DNA of 64,000 nt from Bacteroidota bacterium (GCA_016715625.1 JADJZU010000003.1:67292-131291); one strand, 5' to 3'; positions 10,102-20,502 are shown, counted from the first letter of the stretch. The notes: generated by a model from the sequence alone, not told the origin. Made by a program: numbers and translations.

Positions 10102-10109
10102 TATATTTG
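10102..10109 (+). promoter_or_regulatory. -7 promoter box TATATTTG upstream of miaB
   Basis: Exact TAnnTTTG, 17 nt before the ATG at 10127. Confidence 0.4.
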
Positions 10110-10126
10110 CCAACCTGTTCTATACA

Positions 10127-11608
10127 ATGGAAAACACATTATACAACAACGAAGTAGCGTTCGAAATTGAACCTAAAGTGGTGGACGAAACACGCCAGGG
10201 CGAAACACTTACGTTAGAGAAAAAGAATGGCCTCCGAAGCAACGGCAAAAAATTCTATATCGAAAGCTACGGCTGCCAGATGAATTTTGCCGATAGTGAG
10301 GTAGTTGCATCCATTTTGGCAAATGCTGGATTTGATTCCACCTCCGAATTCCTGGAGGCAGATCTCATTTTGATAAACACCTGCTCTATACGCGACAATG
10401 CAGAGCAACGGGTTCGCTATCGGTTGCAGCATTTAGGAGCGGTAAAGAAAAAAAAACGGGGCGCTGTTATTGGTGTATTGGGCTGCATGGCCGAACGACT
10501 CAAGGAAAAATTTCTGGAAGAGGAAAAGCTGGTAGATATTGTAGCCGGTCCGGATGCTTATAGGGCTCTACCATCGCTTATTGAAGAAGCAGAAACAGGG
10601 CAAAAGTCTGTGAATGTGCTTCTATCGCGTGAAGAAACCTATGCAGAGATTAGTCCTGTTCGATTAAACAGCAATGGAGTTTCTGCATTTATCAGCATTA
10701 TGCGCGGTTGCGACAATATGTGTGCCTTTTGCGTTGTGCCTTTTACCCGTGGCCGTGAACGCAGCCGCGATGCCGAAAGTATCGTAAACGAAGCCAGAGA
10801 GCTATACAAAAATGGATATCGCGAAGTAACCTTACTGGGACAGAATGTAGATTCTTACCGATTTTCGAAAGATGAAAAGCTCGTAGGCAAAAAGTTGGTA
10901 GATGCCAAGTATGACGAGAGCGTAATCAATTTTGCACGACTAATGGAAATGGTAGCACAAATTGCGACCGACTTGCGGGTGCGTTTTTCGACTTCGCATC
11001 CCAAAGATATGACGGATGATGTGCTGCACACGATGGCTAAATACCATAACATTTGTAAGTATATCCACTTGCCCGTTCAAAGTGGAAATTCCAGAATTTT
11101 GGGAATGATGAACAGAACGTACAACAGAGAATGGTATCAACAGCGAATTGCAGCTATTAAAACAATAGTACCGGAAGCCGCCATTTCAACAGATATTATT
11201 GCCGGCTTTTGCTCAGAAACAGAAGAAGAACATCAAGATACATTGAGTTTAATGGAAGAGGTGAAATATTCTATGGCTTACATGTTTGCCTATAGCGAGA
11301 GACCGGGAACTGTAGCCGCCAAAAAATTTGCAGATGACATACCGGAAGAGACTAAAAAACGTAGGCTACAGGAAATTGTGGACCTACATCGCAAGCATTC
11401 CTGGGAACTAAATCTGGCTGATGTGGGAAAGACATTTGAAGTGCTGGTAGAAGGCGTTTCGCTCAGAAATGAAGCTGAATTGTATGGTAGAAATTCTCAA
11501 AACAAAGTGATTGTTTTTCAGAAGAAAAATCTGGCTCCGGGTATGTATGCATCTGTGAAAGTGACCGATTGCACGAGTGGAACCTTGCGAGGAGAAGTTA
11601 TTGAATAG
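10127..11608 (+). CDS. miaB: tRNA-2-methylthio-N6-dimethylallyladenosine synthase (radical SAM methylthiotransferase)
   Basis: UPF0004 N-domain [15 protein letters not shown], radical-SAM CDNMCAFC cluster and a C-terminal TRAM domain. Confidence 0.85.
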   Translation: MENTLYNNEVAFEIEPKVVDETRQGETLTLEKKNGLRSNGKKFYIESYGCQMNFADSEVVASILANAGFDSTSEFLEADLILINTCSIRDNAEQRVRYRLQHLGAVKKKKRGAVIGVLGCMAERLKEKFLEEEKLVDIVAGPDAYRALPSLIEEAETGQKSVNVLLSREETYAEISPVRLNSNGVSAFISIMRGCDNMCAFCVVPFTRGRERSRDAESIVNEARELYKNGYREVTLLGQNVDSYRFSKDEKLVGKKLVDAKYDESVINFARLMEMVAQIATDLRVRFSTSHPKDMTDDVLHTMAKYHNICKYIHLPVQSGNSRILGMMNRTYNREWYQQRIAAIKTIVPEAAISTDIIAGFCSETEEEHQDTLSLMEEVKYSMAYMFAYSERPGTVAAKKFADDIPEETKKRRLQEIVDLHRKHSWELNLADVGKTFEVLVEGVSLRNEAELYGRNSQNKVIVFQKKNLAPGMYASVKVTDCTSGTLRGEVIE

Positions 11609-11628
11609 AATTATACAACTAACTAACT

Positions 11629-12858
11629 ATGGAAATTCAATCAATAAAAAACAGGTTTGGAATTATCGGGAATGCTCCGGCACTTAATCACGCCATCAGT
11701 ATAGCAGAGCGAGTTGCAGGCACCAACCTGACAGTGCTTATTACCGGAGAAAGTGGTGTGGGTAAAGAAGTTTTTTCGCATATCATACACCAGTTAGGCA
11801 CCAGAAAACACAACCCGTTTATTGCCGTAAACTGCGGTGCAATTCCCGAAGGAACCATTGATTCCGAATTATTCGGGCACGAGAAAGGCTCTTTTACAGG
11901 AGCTAGTGACGCGCGTAAAGGATATTTTGAAACCGTATCGGGAGGCACTATTTTTTTAGATGAAGTAGGAGAACTTCCTCTGGGGACACAAGCCCGGTTG
12001 CTTCGTGTATTGGAAACAGGGGAATATATCAAGGTAGGTTCCAGCAAAGTCCAAAAAACGGATGTGCGGGTGATTACAGCAACAAATGTAAACTTACAAG
12101 AGGCGGTACGTAACGGACGCTTTCGCGAAGACTTGTATTATCGGTTATCTACCGTGCCCATTTTTATTCCTGCATTGCGCGAACGGGGCGAAGACATCTA
12201 TCTTCTGTTTCGCAAATTCTCAACTGACTTTTCAGAGAAGAACAAAATACCTACTGTTAAACTGGCGGAAGATGCCAAAAAGTTGATTTTGGGATATTCT
12301 TGGCCTGGTAATGTGAGACAATTAAAAAACGTGGCCGAACAAGTTTCCATTTTAGCAGTAGACCAAAATGTGACGGCAGATGAACTTGCCAAAATTGTTC
12401 CGGATATTACCGATAACCGGTTGCCCGCTTTAGCCGAAGCAAGATATGAAAGCGGTGGTGGAAGCAGCTTTACAGAGCGAGAAATACTCTACAAACTAAT
12501 TTTTGATGTTAAGAAAGACCTCAACGATTTAAAGCAGTTTGTATTTGACATCACCAAACATCAGGTACAAGTCGTACCGGGTTTTCAGCATACGCCTTCT
12601 ACTCTACTTGAAAGACAACAGGAATCTCCGGTGATTTTATCAGGCACTCCGCAAAGCCAGCCTATCGTGTTGGAGAAAGGCAATTTTGACAAACACGAAA
12701 CTGTGGATGAAAGCCTTTCACTGGCAGATATGGAACGCGACTTGATTTTAAAAGCACTCAAAAAGTATAAAAACAGACGTAAAAATGCTGCTGCTGATTT
12801 AGGAATCTCTGAACGAACGCTCTACAGAAAAATTAAGGAGTATGACATTGATGCTTAA
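11629..12858 (+). CDS. sigma-54-dependent transcriptional activator (AAA+ plus Fis-type HTH, no N-terminal sensory domain)
   Basis: Walker A GESGVGKE, ELFGHEKGSFTGA (GAFTGA-type loop), Walker B FLDEVGEL, and a C-terminal HTH (AAADLGISERTLYRKIKEY). The AAA+ core starts about 10 residues from the N-terminus. Confidence 0.85.
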   Translation: MEIQSIKNRFGIIGNAPALNHAISIAERVAGTNLTVLITGESGVGKEVFSHIIHQLGTRKHNPFIAVNCGAIPEGTIDSELFGHEKGSFTGASDARKGYFETVSGGTIFLDEVGELPLGTQARLLRVLETGEYIKVGSSKVQKTDVRVITATNVNLQEAVRNGRFREDLYYRLSTVPIFIPALRERGEDIYLLFRKFSTDFSEKNKIPTVKLAEDAKKLILGYSWPGNVRQLKNVAEQVSILAVDQNVTADELAKIVPDITDNRLPALAEARYESGGGSSFTEREILYKLIFDVKKDLNDLKQFVFDITKHQVQVVPGFQHTPSTLLERQQESPVILSGTPQSQPIVLEKGNFDKHETVDESLSLADMERDLILKALKKYKNRRKNAAADLGISERTLYRKIKEYDIDA

Positions 12859-12870
12859 GCATCATATGCA

Positions 12871-14148
12871 CTAAACTTTATCTTTCTTAAAAGGTCGAAT
12901 GATGAGCCGAATGTTGCGATCATAGTTGATGTAGTTCCATAGCCAGTTGATAAATACCACTATCTTGTTTCTGAATCCAACCAGCAGCATCAGGTGTAGT
13001 GCCATCCAGGCAAACCAACCTAAAAATCCACCAAATTTTAGTTTTCCGGCTTCAACTACAGCTTTATTACGACCCACGGTAGCCATCACTCCCTTGTCTT
13101 GATAAACGAATTTCACGAGTTCTTTGTGATGTTGAACACGAACAATGTTTACGGCTAATAAAGATGCCTGTTGTATGGCTACGGGTGCTACCTGTGGGTG
13201 TCCATTTTCAAAATTTGGTTGAGGCATCATCGCTACATCTCCAATAGCATATATGTTTCTTGTTGATGCTACCTTATTATATTCATCTACCACTATTCGA
13301 CCACGAGGAGTAATGCAATCAGGTGGTAAACCGGCAATCGGCACCCCTCGTATTCCGGCTGCCCATATCAGGTTAGATGTTTGTAGTATTTTTCCATCCC
13401 GGATTTGCATTTGTTTACCATCAAACTTAGCCACACCGGTTTTTAACCATAACTCACAGCCTAAATCTTCCAGATATTTCTTAGCCTTCTGCTGGTTTAT
13501 CTCGCTCATAGCTCCTAGTAATTCAGCACTGTTTTCTACTAGTATGACACGCATTTTTCGCAAATCAAGTTCCGGATAATCGTTAGGTAACACATGTTTC
13601 TTCAACTCACATAGCGCACCGGCCAGCTCCACTCCTGTTGGGCCCCCTCCCACAACCACAAATGTCATTAAAGCCTCCTGCTGCTTGATATCAGAAGTCA
13701 ATAACGCTTCCTCTAAATTTTGAAGTATCCTGCTGCGCAGATCAAGTGCCTCTGTTACACTCTTCATAGGCATTGCGTTGCTTTCAAAATCCGCATTACC
13801 AAAAAAATTAGTTGTGCTCCCTGTGGCCACCACGAGGAAATCATATTGCAAGGAGCCAATGCTTGTTTCAACGACACTATTCGCCTCATTAACTCCGGTT
13901 ACTTCGCACCACCTGAAATGGAAGTTTTTTTGATTCTTAAATATTTTACGAATAGGATAAGCGATACTATCCGCCTCTAAACCTGCAGTGGCTACCTGAT
14001 ATAAAAGAGGTTGAAAGGTGTTATAATTGTTCTTGTCCAGCATGACGACCTGCACGTTTGCATTGCGAAGACCGGATGCCAACTGTAACCCGCCAAATCC
14101 ACATCCAACTATTACTACACGAGGGACTTTCACTTCAGGTATATTCAT
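12871..14148 (-). CDS. ndh: type II NADH:quinone oxidoreductase (NDH-2)
   Basis: Two Rossmann GxGxxG motifs (VVIVGCGFGGL, VVVGGGPTGVE) and a C-terminal membrane-anchoring segment. Confidence 0.8.
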   Translation of the reverse strand: MNIPEVKVPRVVIVGCGFGGLQLASGLRNANVQVVMLDKNNYNTFQPLLYQVATAGLEADSIAYPIRKIFKNQKNFHFRWCEVTGVNEANSVVETSIGSLQYDFLVVATGSTTNFFGNADFESNAMPMKSVTEALDLRSRILQNLEEALLTSDIKQQEALMTFVVVGGGPTGVELAGALCELKKHVLPNDYPELDLRKMRVILVENSAELLGAMSEINQQKAKKYLEDLGCELWLKTGVAKFDGKQMQIRDGKILQTSNLIWAAGIRGVPIAGLPPDCITPRGRIVVDEYNKVASTRNIYAIGDVAMMPQPNFENGHPQVAPVAIQQASLLAVNIVRVQHHKELVKFVYQDKGVMATVGRNKAVVEAGKLKFGGFLGWFAWMALHLMLLVGFRNKIVVFINWLWNYINYDRNIRLIIRPFKKDKV

Positions 14149-14200
14149 GATGCAGGTTTGATATGTTGTAAGGTTACTGAATAGTTGTGGGGCATGTCAT

Positions 14201-14235
14201 AAAAAAAGCCCGCCTTATAGTTTGTAGTGCGGGCT
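14201..14235 (-). terminator. rho-independent terminator of the DUF3276 gene
   Basis: On the minus strand, stem AGCCCGC / GCGGGCT followed by TTTTTTT (plus-strand A-run 14201-14207). Confidence 0.65.
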
Positions 14236-14260
14236 GATTTGATATTTCACTATACATTAA

Positions 14261-14542
14261 TTAAAAGGAGAGATCTTCATCTGTCTCTTTTCCCGGTTCG
14301 CGCTCGCGCACATAATCTTCCAGCGGACCAATCTGCCCTTTAATCAACTCCAGTGCATCAAAAATCTTTTTGAAGTCTTCCTGGAATATAAGAACACTGT
14401 GGCGAATAAACTGACCATCATTTTTTCGGCTCTCTGTAATTTTCAATATTTTACTACCTCTCTGGTCTTCCTTCAAATCCAGAAAATAGGTTCTTTTACC
14501 TGCGGACACTTTCTCTGTGTGTAGAACTTTGTCTTCTTGCAT
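14261..14542 (-). CDS. PUR-alpha-like nucleic-acid-binding protein (DUF3276)
   Basis: 93 aa. The pattern KRTYFLDLKEDQRGSKILKITES...FIRHSVLIFQEDFKKF matches the bacterial PUR repeat/DUF3276 family. Confidence 0.7.
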   Translation of the reverse strand: MQEDKVLHTEKVSAGKRTYFLDLKEDQRGSKILKITESRKNDGQFIRHSVLIFQEDFKKIFDALELIKGQIGPLEDYVREREPGKETDEDLSF

Positions 14543-14591
14543 TGCATTTCTATTTTGCGACCAAAGTAAAACTTTCTTGAAGTAGAAAAAA

Positions 14592-15776
14592 ATGAGAACA
14601 CAAAAGAAAATAATGCTGCTTGGCAGTGGTGAACTCGGAAAAGAGTTTGTGATTGCCGCTAAAAGATTGGGGCAGTTTGTAATTGCCGTTGACTCCTATG
14701 CAAATGCACCGGCACAGCAGGTAGCTGATGGCTGCGAGGTTATAAACATGCTGGACGGGCATGCACTGGATGCTATTGTGGCCACTCACCAGCCTGATAT
14801 TATTGTGCCCGAAATAGAGGCGATACGAACCGAACGTTTTTATGACTATGAGAAACAAGGTATTCAGGTAGTACCGTCTGCCCGAGCAGCCAACTTTACC
14901 ATGAACCGAAAAGCAATTCGCGATTTGGCGGCAAAGGAACTTGGGTTACGAACTGCTGCATACCGATATGCAAGTTCGCTGGAGGAGTTGAAAGAAGCAG
15001 TAAATGAAATCGGTATGCCCTGTGTGGTAAAACCACTCATGAGTTCGAGCGGGAAAGGACAATCCACCATTAAGTCGGAGGAGGATGTAGAAAATGCCTG
15101 GAATTATTCGCAAGCCGGAAAGCGAGGCGACATCGCAGAAGTAATTGTGGAGGCTTTTGTAAAGTTTCATACCGAAATTACTTTGCTTACTGTGACTCAA
15201 AAAAATGGGCCAACTCTTTTTTGCCCGCCTATTGGCCACCGTCAGGAACGGGGTGACTATCAGGAGAGCTGGCAACCTTGCGCCATGAGTCCGGAGCATT
15301 TGGAAGAGGCTCAAAACATTGCTGGCAAAGTAACTCAAGCCTTGGGCGGTGCCGGATTGTGGGGTGTTGAATTTTTTCTGGCTGATGAGGGAGTTTACTT
15401 TTCTGAACTTTCCCCACGTCCTCACGATACCGGCATGGTAACATTGGCCGGCACTCAAAATCTTTCTGAGTTTGAATTACATGCCCGGGCTGTTTTAGGA
15501 TTACCGATACCATGCATTGAGTTGCACAAGATTGGTGCAAGTGCGGTGGTATTGGCCACCGAAGAAAGCTCCATCAATCAAACTATCCAATACGATGGTG
15601 TAGAACTGGCCTTACAAGATGCTAATACTGATGTGCGCATTTTTGGGAAGCCAACGACCCGCCCTTATAGGCGAATGGCAGTTGCGCTAGCTTATGATCA
15701 TATAGGAGGGAATGTAACCGCAGTAAAGGAAATGGCCATCAGTAACGCAAAAAAAATCGCAATCAGCATCCAATAA
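14592..15776 (+). CDS. purT: formate-dependent phosphoribosylglycinamide formyltransferase
   Basis: N-terminus [13 protein letters not shown], an ATP-grasp core, and the size and overall pattern of PurT. Confidence 0.85.
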   Translation: MRTQKKIMLLGSGELGKEFVIAAKRLGQFVIAVDSYANAPAQQVADGCEVINMLDGHALDAIVATHQPDIIVPEIEAIRTERFYDYEKQGIQVVPSARAANFTMNRKAIRDLAAKELGLRTAAYRYASSLEELKEAVNEIGMPCVVKPLMSSSGKGQSTIKSEEDVENAWNYSQAGKRGDIAEVIVEAFVKFHTEITLLTVTQKNGPTLFCPPIGHRQERGDYQESWQPCAMSPEHLEEAQNIAGKVTQALGGAGLWGVEFFLADEGVYFSELSPRPHDTGMVTLAGTQNLSEFELHARAVLGLPIPCIELHKIGASAVVLATEESSINQTIQYDGVELALQDANTDVRIFGKPTTRPYRRMAVALAYDHIGGNVTAVKEMAISNAKKIAISIQ

Positions 15777-15788
15777 AACCATACAATT

Positions 15789-16373
15789 TTGAAGTCGCTA
15801 CTCATTTTTCCTTTACTTGTCTTAGTACACCTGTTAACCGCACAAAGCCAACGGATGGTTTACGATGTTGTGCTATTCGGAAAGAAAATTGGGTCTACGG
15901 TAGTCGAAAAAACAACAGATCCAAACGGTGACATCCACTATAAGTTAAACAGTTCATCAGAGGCTAATGTATTGTTTACCAAAAAGACATCCTCTATGAA
16001 TTTGACGGCCACTTACTCCGACAACAAACTGAAATCTTCCTATGTAAAAAACATGAAAGACGGAGTGACAGAGATTGTGACGGTAGCATATAAGGAAACA
16101 AAATACATTATCACTAAAGGCAGCGAAACATTTCAGTATACCAAGCCCATTGACTTCTCCAGCGTGTTACTCTATTTCATCGAACCCAAAACGAGGAGCA
16201 GCATATTTTCAGAGAGGCTCGGGGAATTTTGCCGGTTTGTAAAAACGGCTGAAGGCAGATACGAGTGCAAACTTGGAAACGGGGTGAACAATATATACAA
16301 TTACGAAAACGGGATTTTGACAGAACTGGAAATGAGTAAAGGAGCCAGTGTATTTTTAAAGCTGGTCAGGTAG
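15789..16373 (+). CDS. hypothetical secreted protein
   Basis: 194-aa ORF with a TTG start and a signal peptide (LLIFPLLVLVHLLTAQ). Confidence 0.5.
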   Translation: MKSLLIFPLLVLVHLLTAQSQRMVYDVVLFGKKIGSTVVEKTTDPNGDIHYKLNSSSEANVLFTKKTSSMNLTATYSDNKLKSSYVKNMKDGVTEIVTVAYKETKYIITKGSETFQYTKPIDFSSVLLYFIEPKTRSSIFSERLGEFCRFVKTAEGRYECKLGNGVNNIYNYENGILTELEMSKGASVFLKLVR

Positions 16374-16377
16374 AAAT

Positions 16378-16977
16378 TTACTTGCGCTTCTTCAATTCAT
16401 CGCGAATGCGTGCAGCCAACTCGTAGTCCTCGTCATCCAAAGCAGCCTTTAAATGCACATTCAACTCTGCCGGAGTCATCTCTGTGTAATTGGAAATCAA
16501 ATCAGACGGTGCTGTTAATTCCGCTATTTTACTTTCTTCCTCAGCAGTTACTGCTTCCTCCTCGTTAGGATCTGCCTCCACTCCTGCTTCCTGTAAAATA
16601 CTTTCTTCTACATAAATCGGGCAATCAAATCGAACCGCTAATGCTAACGCATCACTGGTTCTTGAATCTATTTCGTAATAACCTTCTTCGCGTTTACATA
16701 CCAGGTTACAATAAAAAACACCATCCTGCAATTTACTTATGTAGATGTATTCCAACTGCACTTCAAATGTATCGCACAGCGTTTTCATGAGGTCGTGTGT
16801 AAGTGGACGAGACGGCTTCATATTGTCCAGTGCTACGGCTATTGCTTGTGCCTCAAAACCACCGATTACAATTGGCAACCTGCGAGTGCCGCCAATTTCG
16901 CCCAGAACCACTGCAAAAGAGTGTGACTGGGTGACGCTATGCGACAATGCAATAATCTCCAACTCTATCTTTTTCAT
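16378..16977 (-). CDS. bifunctional nuclease family protein (DUF151) with C-terminal UVR motif
   Basis: N-terminal pattern LPIVIGGFEAQAIAVAL...RPLTHDL plus a C-terminal DYELAARIRDELKKR UVR-like helix. Confidence 0.75.
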   Translation of the reverse strand: MKKIELEIIALSHSVTQSHSFAVVLGEIGGTRRLPIVIGGFEAQAIAVALDNMKPSRPLTHDLMKTLCDTFEVQLEYIYISKLQDGVFYCNLVCKREEGYYEIDSRTSDALALAVRFDCPIYVEESILQEAGVEADPNEEEAVTAEEESKIAELTAPSDLISNYTEMTPAELNVHLKAALDDEDYELAARIRDELKKRK

Positions 16978-17196
16978 ACCATTTATAGAAGCGCGAAAAG
17001 TAAAGTGAATTTTGAGAAATAAAAACTAGCGCTGATAACGATTCAAGTATGGCAGTAAAACATAATTCATACATGACTTGAGTATACGCATCGTAATGTC
17101 ATTCCGTCAAATAACTTTTGTTTGATATCACGGCTGTAAATATTTATCCCAAAAAATTATTTTGGACACGCAATTTGCAACCTAAAAAAATAAAGC

Positions 17197-20100
17197 ATGA
17201 AACTCGTATCGTATTTCTACATGATATTACTTGTGTTCATCTCTTGGATTACTACGTATGCTCAAGACGTAACCTTAGCGGGTCCGGCACCTTGTAATGG
17301 CACGGCTGTATCGGGCTCTTGGACAGTTCCTTGCGGAGTTACGTCCATAACGGTAGTGGTTCATGGTGGCGGTGGTGGCGGTGGCGGTGGCGGTGGTGGT
17401 AGCAATGGTGGTTTTTTTAATACTCGTGGTGGTGGTGGCGCAGGAGGTGGTGGTTATACTACCACAACAATAACAGTCGTTCCCGGTTCATCTTTTTCAT
17501 ACACGATAGGTGCGGGCGGATGTGGAGGTAGCAATGGCTCAGATGGTTCCAGCGGAGGAAATGGTACCAATGGCGGTGGTAGTACATTTACAGGTACTGC
17601 ATTTGGCGGCACCCCGGTAAATCTTGTTGCGAACGGTGGATCAAGAGGGACGGGTGGTTCCGGAACCGCTGGTGCAACAGGGAATGGTGGTGCTGGTGGT
17701 ACAGCCAGTGGAGGAACTACGAATACGAATGGTGCGGGAGGTGTGAATGGCAGTGGAGGAAATGGTGGCGCTGGTGGTGCTGGTGGTGGTCCAACGGGTG
17801 GAGCCGGTGGTGCAACAACAAATGCACCGGGTGCAGTTTACGGTGGTGGAGGTGCCGGAGGAGGAGATTCGCAAGGTGGACGTGGCGCTGCCGGTGGTAT
17901 TTTAATAACCTATAATACACCTGTTACTCTGCCAGCTACACCAACTGTTACAACTACTCCCCCGACATGCTTAACCCCTGGGACTAGCACTATCACTAAC
18001 TACAATGCCGCATACACTTACACCTTTACGCCTGTCGGACCGAGTGCCGGTGCAGGTGGTTTAATTAGCAGTATGACAACAGGAACGAGCTATACAGTAG
18101 TGGCAAATGATGGAAGTTGCGCATCTCCGTCCAGCGCTTCATTTAGCAATGCGCCAGCCACCACTCCCCCTGCTACCCCAACGATTACAAGCACTGCCCC
18201 TAGTTGCAGTGCCGATGGCAGCAGCACCATCAGCAATTACAATGGGGCACTTAGTTATATTTTTACGCCCGCTGGGCCTAGCGCTGGTGTCGGTGGCACT
18301 ATTTCCGGTATGACCCTGGGCTCAAGCTACACTCTAGAAGCCAGCGATGGCTCTTGCACCTCCTCTGCCAGTGCCTCTTTCAGCAATGCCGCTCAACTGC
18401 CATCGCCTGCGGTGCCAACTATTTCTTCTACACCACCCACTTGTTTAAGCGATGGCGCAAGCACTATCAGCAACTACAGTGTCGCGAATACTTACACGTT
18501 TACGCCAGCAGGACCTACTGCCGGTGTAGGAGGAACGATAAGTGGTATGGTAACAGGAACGAGTTATACAGTAACTGCTAACGATGGAACTTGTCCATCT
18601 TTACCAAGTATTTCGTTTAGCAATGCAGCAGCTACTACCCCACCTGCTACTCCAACTATCACCACCACTGCACCCAGTTGCAGTGCCGATGGAAGCAGCA
18701 TCGTCAGTAACTATAATGCTGCACTTACTTACATTTTTACACCAGCAGGCCCTACTGCCGGTATAGGTGGAACTATTACGGGAATGACCATTGGAATAAG
18801 CTACACGTTAGAAGCTAGCGATGGGACTTGCACCTCCTCTGCCAGTGCCTCTTTCAGCAATGTCGCTCAGCTGCCATCGCCTGCGGTGCCAACTATTTCT
18901 TCTACAGCACCCACCTGTTTAAATGACGGAACCAGCACAATCAGTAATTACAACGTAGCCAATACTTACACCTTTTCGCCTGCCGGACCAACTGCCGGTG
19001 CGGGGGGCTCTATTAGTGGCATGGTAACCGGAACCAGTTACACTATTATTGCTGACAATGGCACTTGCGCCTCTTTACCAAGTCCTTCGTTTAGTAATGC
19101 AGCAGCTACTACTCCACCTGCTACTCCTGCTATCACAACCACTCCACCCAATTGTAGTGCGGGTGGAAGCAGCGCTATCAGCAATTACAATGCTGCACTT
19201 ACTTACATTTTTACACCCGCGGGCCCTACCGCTGGTGCAGGAGGAACTATTACGGGAATGACCATTGGAATTAGCTACACGGTGGAAGCTAGCGATGGCA
19301 CTTGCACTTCATCGGCTAGTGCTGCATTCAGTAATGGATCCCAACTAGCAACTCCAGTAGCAACCATTAGTGGTCCATTAAGCTATTGCGTAGGGGGAAA
19401 TACAACTTTAACTGCTGCAGGCGGCATTAGTTATCTTTGGACCGATGGTGGTGGCAATAACATTGGGAATAGTTCAGTAGTTACGGTAACACAAGGCTCA
19501 TACGATGTGATAGTTACCGATGCCAATAATTGTACGGCCACAGCAAGTGCCACAGTTACTGAATTACTGAACCTTACTGTAAATATTTCTGGTTCCTTAA
19601 CCTATTGCCCTGGCGCTAACACTACACTCATAGCAACAGGTGGTACAAGTTACGTATGGAGTAATGGAGTTAATTCATCCAGCGCGACCGTTACGCAAGG
19701 AAATTATTCGGTAACAGCCAGCGATGCTGGCTGCACCGGAAGTGCTTCAGCGGTTGTTACAGAATACACTGTTGCACCTTTTAGCCTTGGCAACGACATA
19801 ATAGTGTGTGAAGATTCTTCCATCGTTTTAGAAGCAGGCAACAATTACAATTCGTATGCATGGAGCGGTGGAGCATCTACACAAACATTCTCACCAATAA
19901 GTTCAGGAGCATATTCTGTTACTGTTACAGACGCAAATGGATGCTCCTCTTCCAGTTCGATATCTGTTGTTTTTCGCCCCCTGCCATCTGTAGATTTGGG
20001 AGCTGACCAAACTGTGCCCATTGGAAGCAGTGTAGCACTCAGTGCATCAATCAATCCAACTCCGGGAAGTACAGCTACGTATGCATGGCAATCGACCGGT

Positions 20101-20502
20101 TCGCTTAGTTGCGCGAACTGTGCCAATGCCTCCATTCAGATAAATGATACCACATCCATTACGCTTTTGTATGCAGATGAGTTCGGTTGTAAAGGACAGG
20201 ATAATCTCATTATTCAAATCTTACCAACCGAACCTATATACGTTCCCACAGCATTTTCACCTAATAACGATGGAGTAAATGATGTATTTCGCGTTAGAGG
20301 AACAGGCTTAGCTAAATTTTACATGGGCATCTATAACCGATGGGGTGAACTGGTGTTTGAAACAAACGATTTTAATCAGTCTTGGAATGGGATATACAAA
20401 TCAGTGGAACAACCCATTGGTGTGTATGTGTATACAATCAATGCTGTGTCTGCTGATTCCCGAACTTATACCTACAAAGGAAACGTGACGCTAATTCGGT
20501 AA
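17197..20502 (+). CDS. large T9SS cargo: glycine-rich N-domain, six Cys-containing ~79-aa repeats, Ig-like repeats, type B (CHU_C / gliding motility-associated) C-terminal sorting domain
   Basis: Signal peptide; Gly-rich domain (residues ~25-240); tandem repeats; C-terminal ...YVPTAFSPNNDGVNDVFRVRG...YNRWGELVFE...WNG...GVYVY...G.VTLIR typical of the type B CTD. Confidence 0.85.
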   Translation: MKLVSYFYMILLVFISWITTYAQDVTLAGPAPCNGTAVSGSWTVPCGVTSITVVVHGGGGGGGGGGGGSNGGFFNTRGGGGAGGGGYTTTTITVVPGSSFSYTIGAGGCGGSNGSDGSSGGNGTNGGGSTFTGTAFGGTPVNLVANGGSRGTGGSGTAGATGNGGAGGTASGGTTNTNGAGGVNGSGGNGGAGGAGGGPTGGAGGATTNAPGAVYGGGGAGGGDSQGGRGAAGGILITYNTPVTLPATPTVTTTPPTCLTPGTSTITNYNAAYTYTFTPVGPSAGAGGLISSMTTGTSYTVVANDGSCASPSSASFSNAPATTPPATPTITSTAPSCSADGSSTISNYNGALSYIFTPAGPSAGVGGTISGMTLGSSYTLEASDGSCTSSASASFSNAAQLPSPAVPTISSTPPTCLSDGASTISNYSVANTYTFTPAGPTAGVGGTISGMVTGTSYTVTANDGTCPSLPSISFSNAAATTPPATPTITTTAPSCSADGSSIVSNYNAALTYIFTPAGPTAGIGGTITGMTIGISYTLEASDGTCTSSASASFSNVAQLPSPAVPTISSTAPTCLNDGTSTISNYNVANTYTFSPAGPTAGAGGSISGMVTGTSYTIIADNGTCASLPSPSFSNAAATTPPATPAITTTPPNCSAGGSSAISNYNAALTYIFTPAGPTAGAGGTITGMTIGISYTVEASDGTCTSSASAAFSNGSQLATPVATISGPLSYCVGGNTTLTAAGGISYLWTDGGGNNIGNSSVVTVTQGSYDVIVTDANNCTATASATVTELLNLTVNISGSLTYCPGANTTLIATGGTSYVWSNGVNSSSATVTQGNYSVTASDAGCTGSASAVVTEYTVAPFSLGNDIIVCEDSSIVLEAGNNYNSYAWSGGASTQTFSPISSGAYSVTVTDANGCSSSSSISVVFRPLPSVDLGADQTVPIGSSVALSASINPTPGSTATYAWQSTGSLSCANCANASIQINDTTSITLLYADEFGCKGQDNLIIQILPTEPIYVPTAFSPNNDGVNDVFRVRGTGLAKFYMGIYNRWGELVFETNDFNQSWNGIYKSVEQPIGVYVYTINAVSADSRTYTYKGNVTLIR
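17365..17400 (+). repeat. (GGY)12 trinucleotide tract encoding Gly12
   Basis: ggtggcggtggtggcggtggcggtggcggtggtggt follows a His codon, in frame within the 17197 CDS. Confidence 0.95.
17930..19345 (+). repeat. intragenic tandem repeat: 3 x 474 bp, each made of two ~237-bp (79-aa) subunits
   Basis: Near-identical blocks start at about 18166, 18640 and 19114 (ccMcctgctacYcc...agttgcagtgccgatgg...). The protein repeats are ...TPPATPTITxTAPSCSADGSS... alternating with ...LPSPAVPTISSTxPTCLxDGxSTISNY... Confidence 0.9.

Noticed and set aside
17641-19261. Several 60-80-aa alternative-frame ORFs inside the repeat region of the adhesin-like gene (His/Leu/Thr-rich products)
   Set aside because: They are periodic artefacts of the Gly/Thr/Ala/Ser-rich repeats read in the wrong frame or on the wrong strand. 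They recur with the repeat period.
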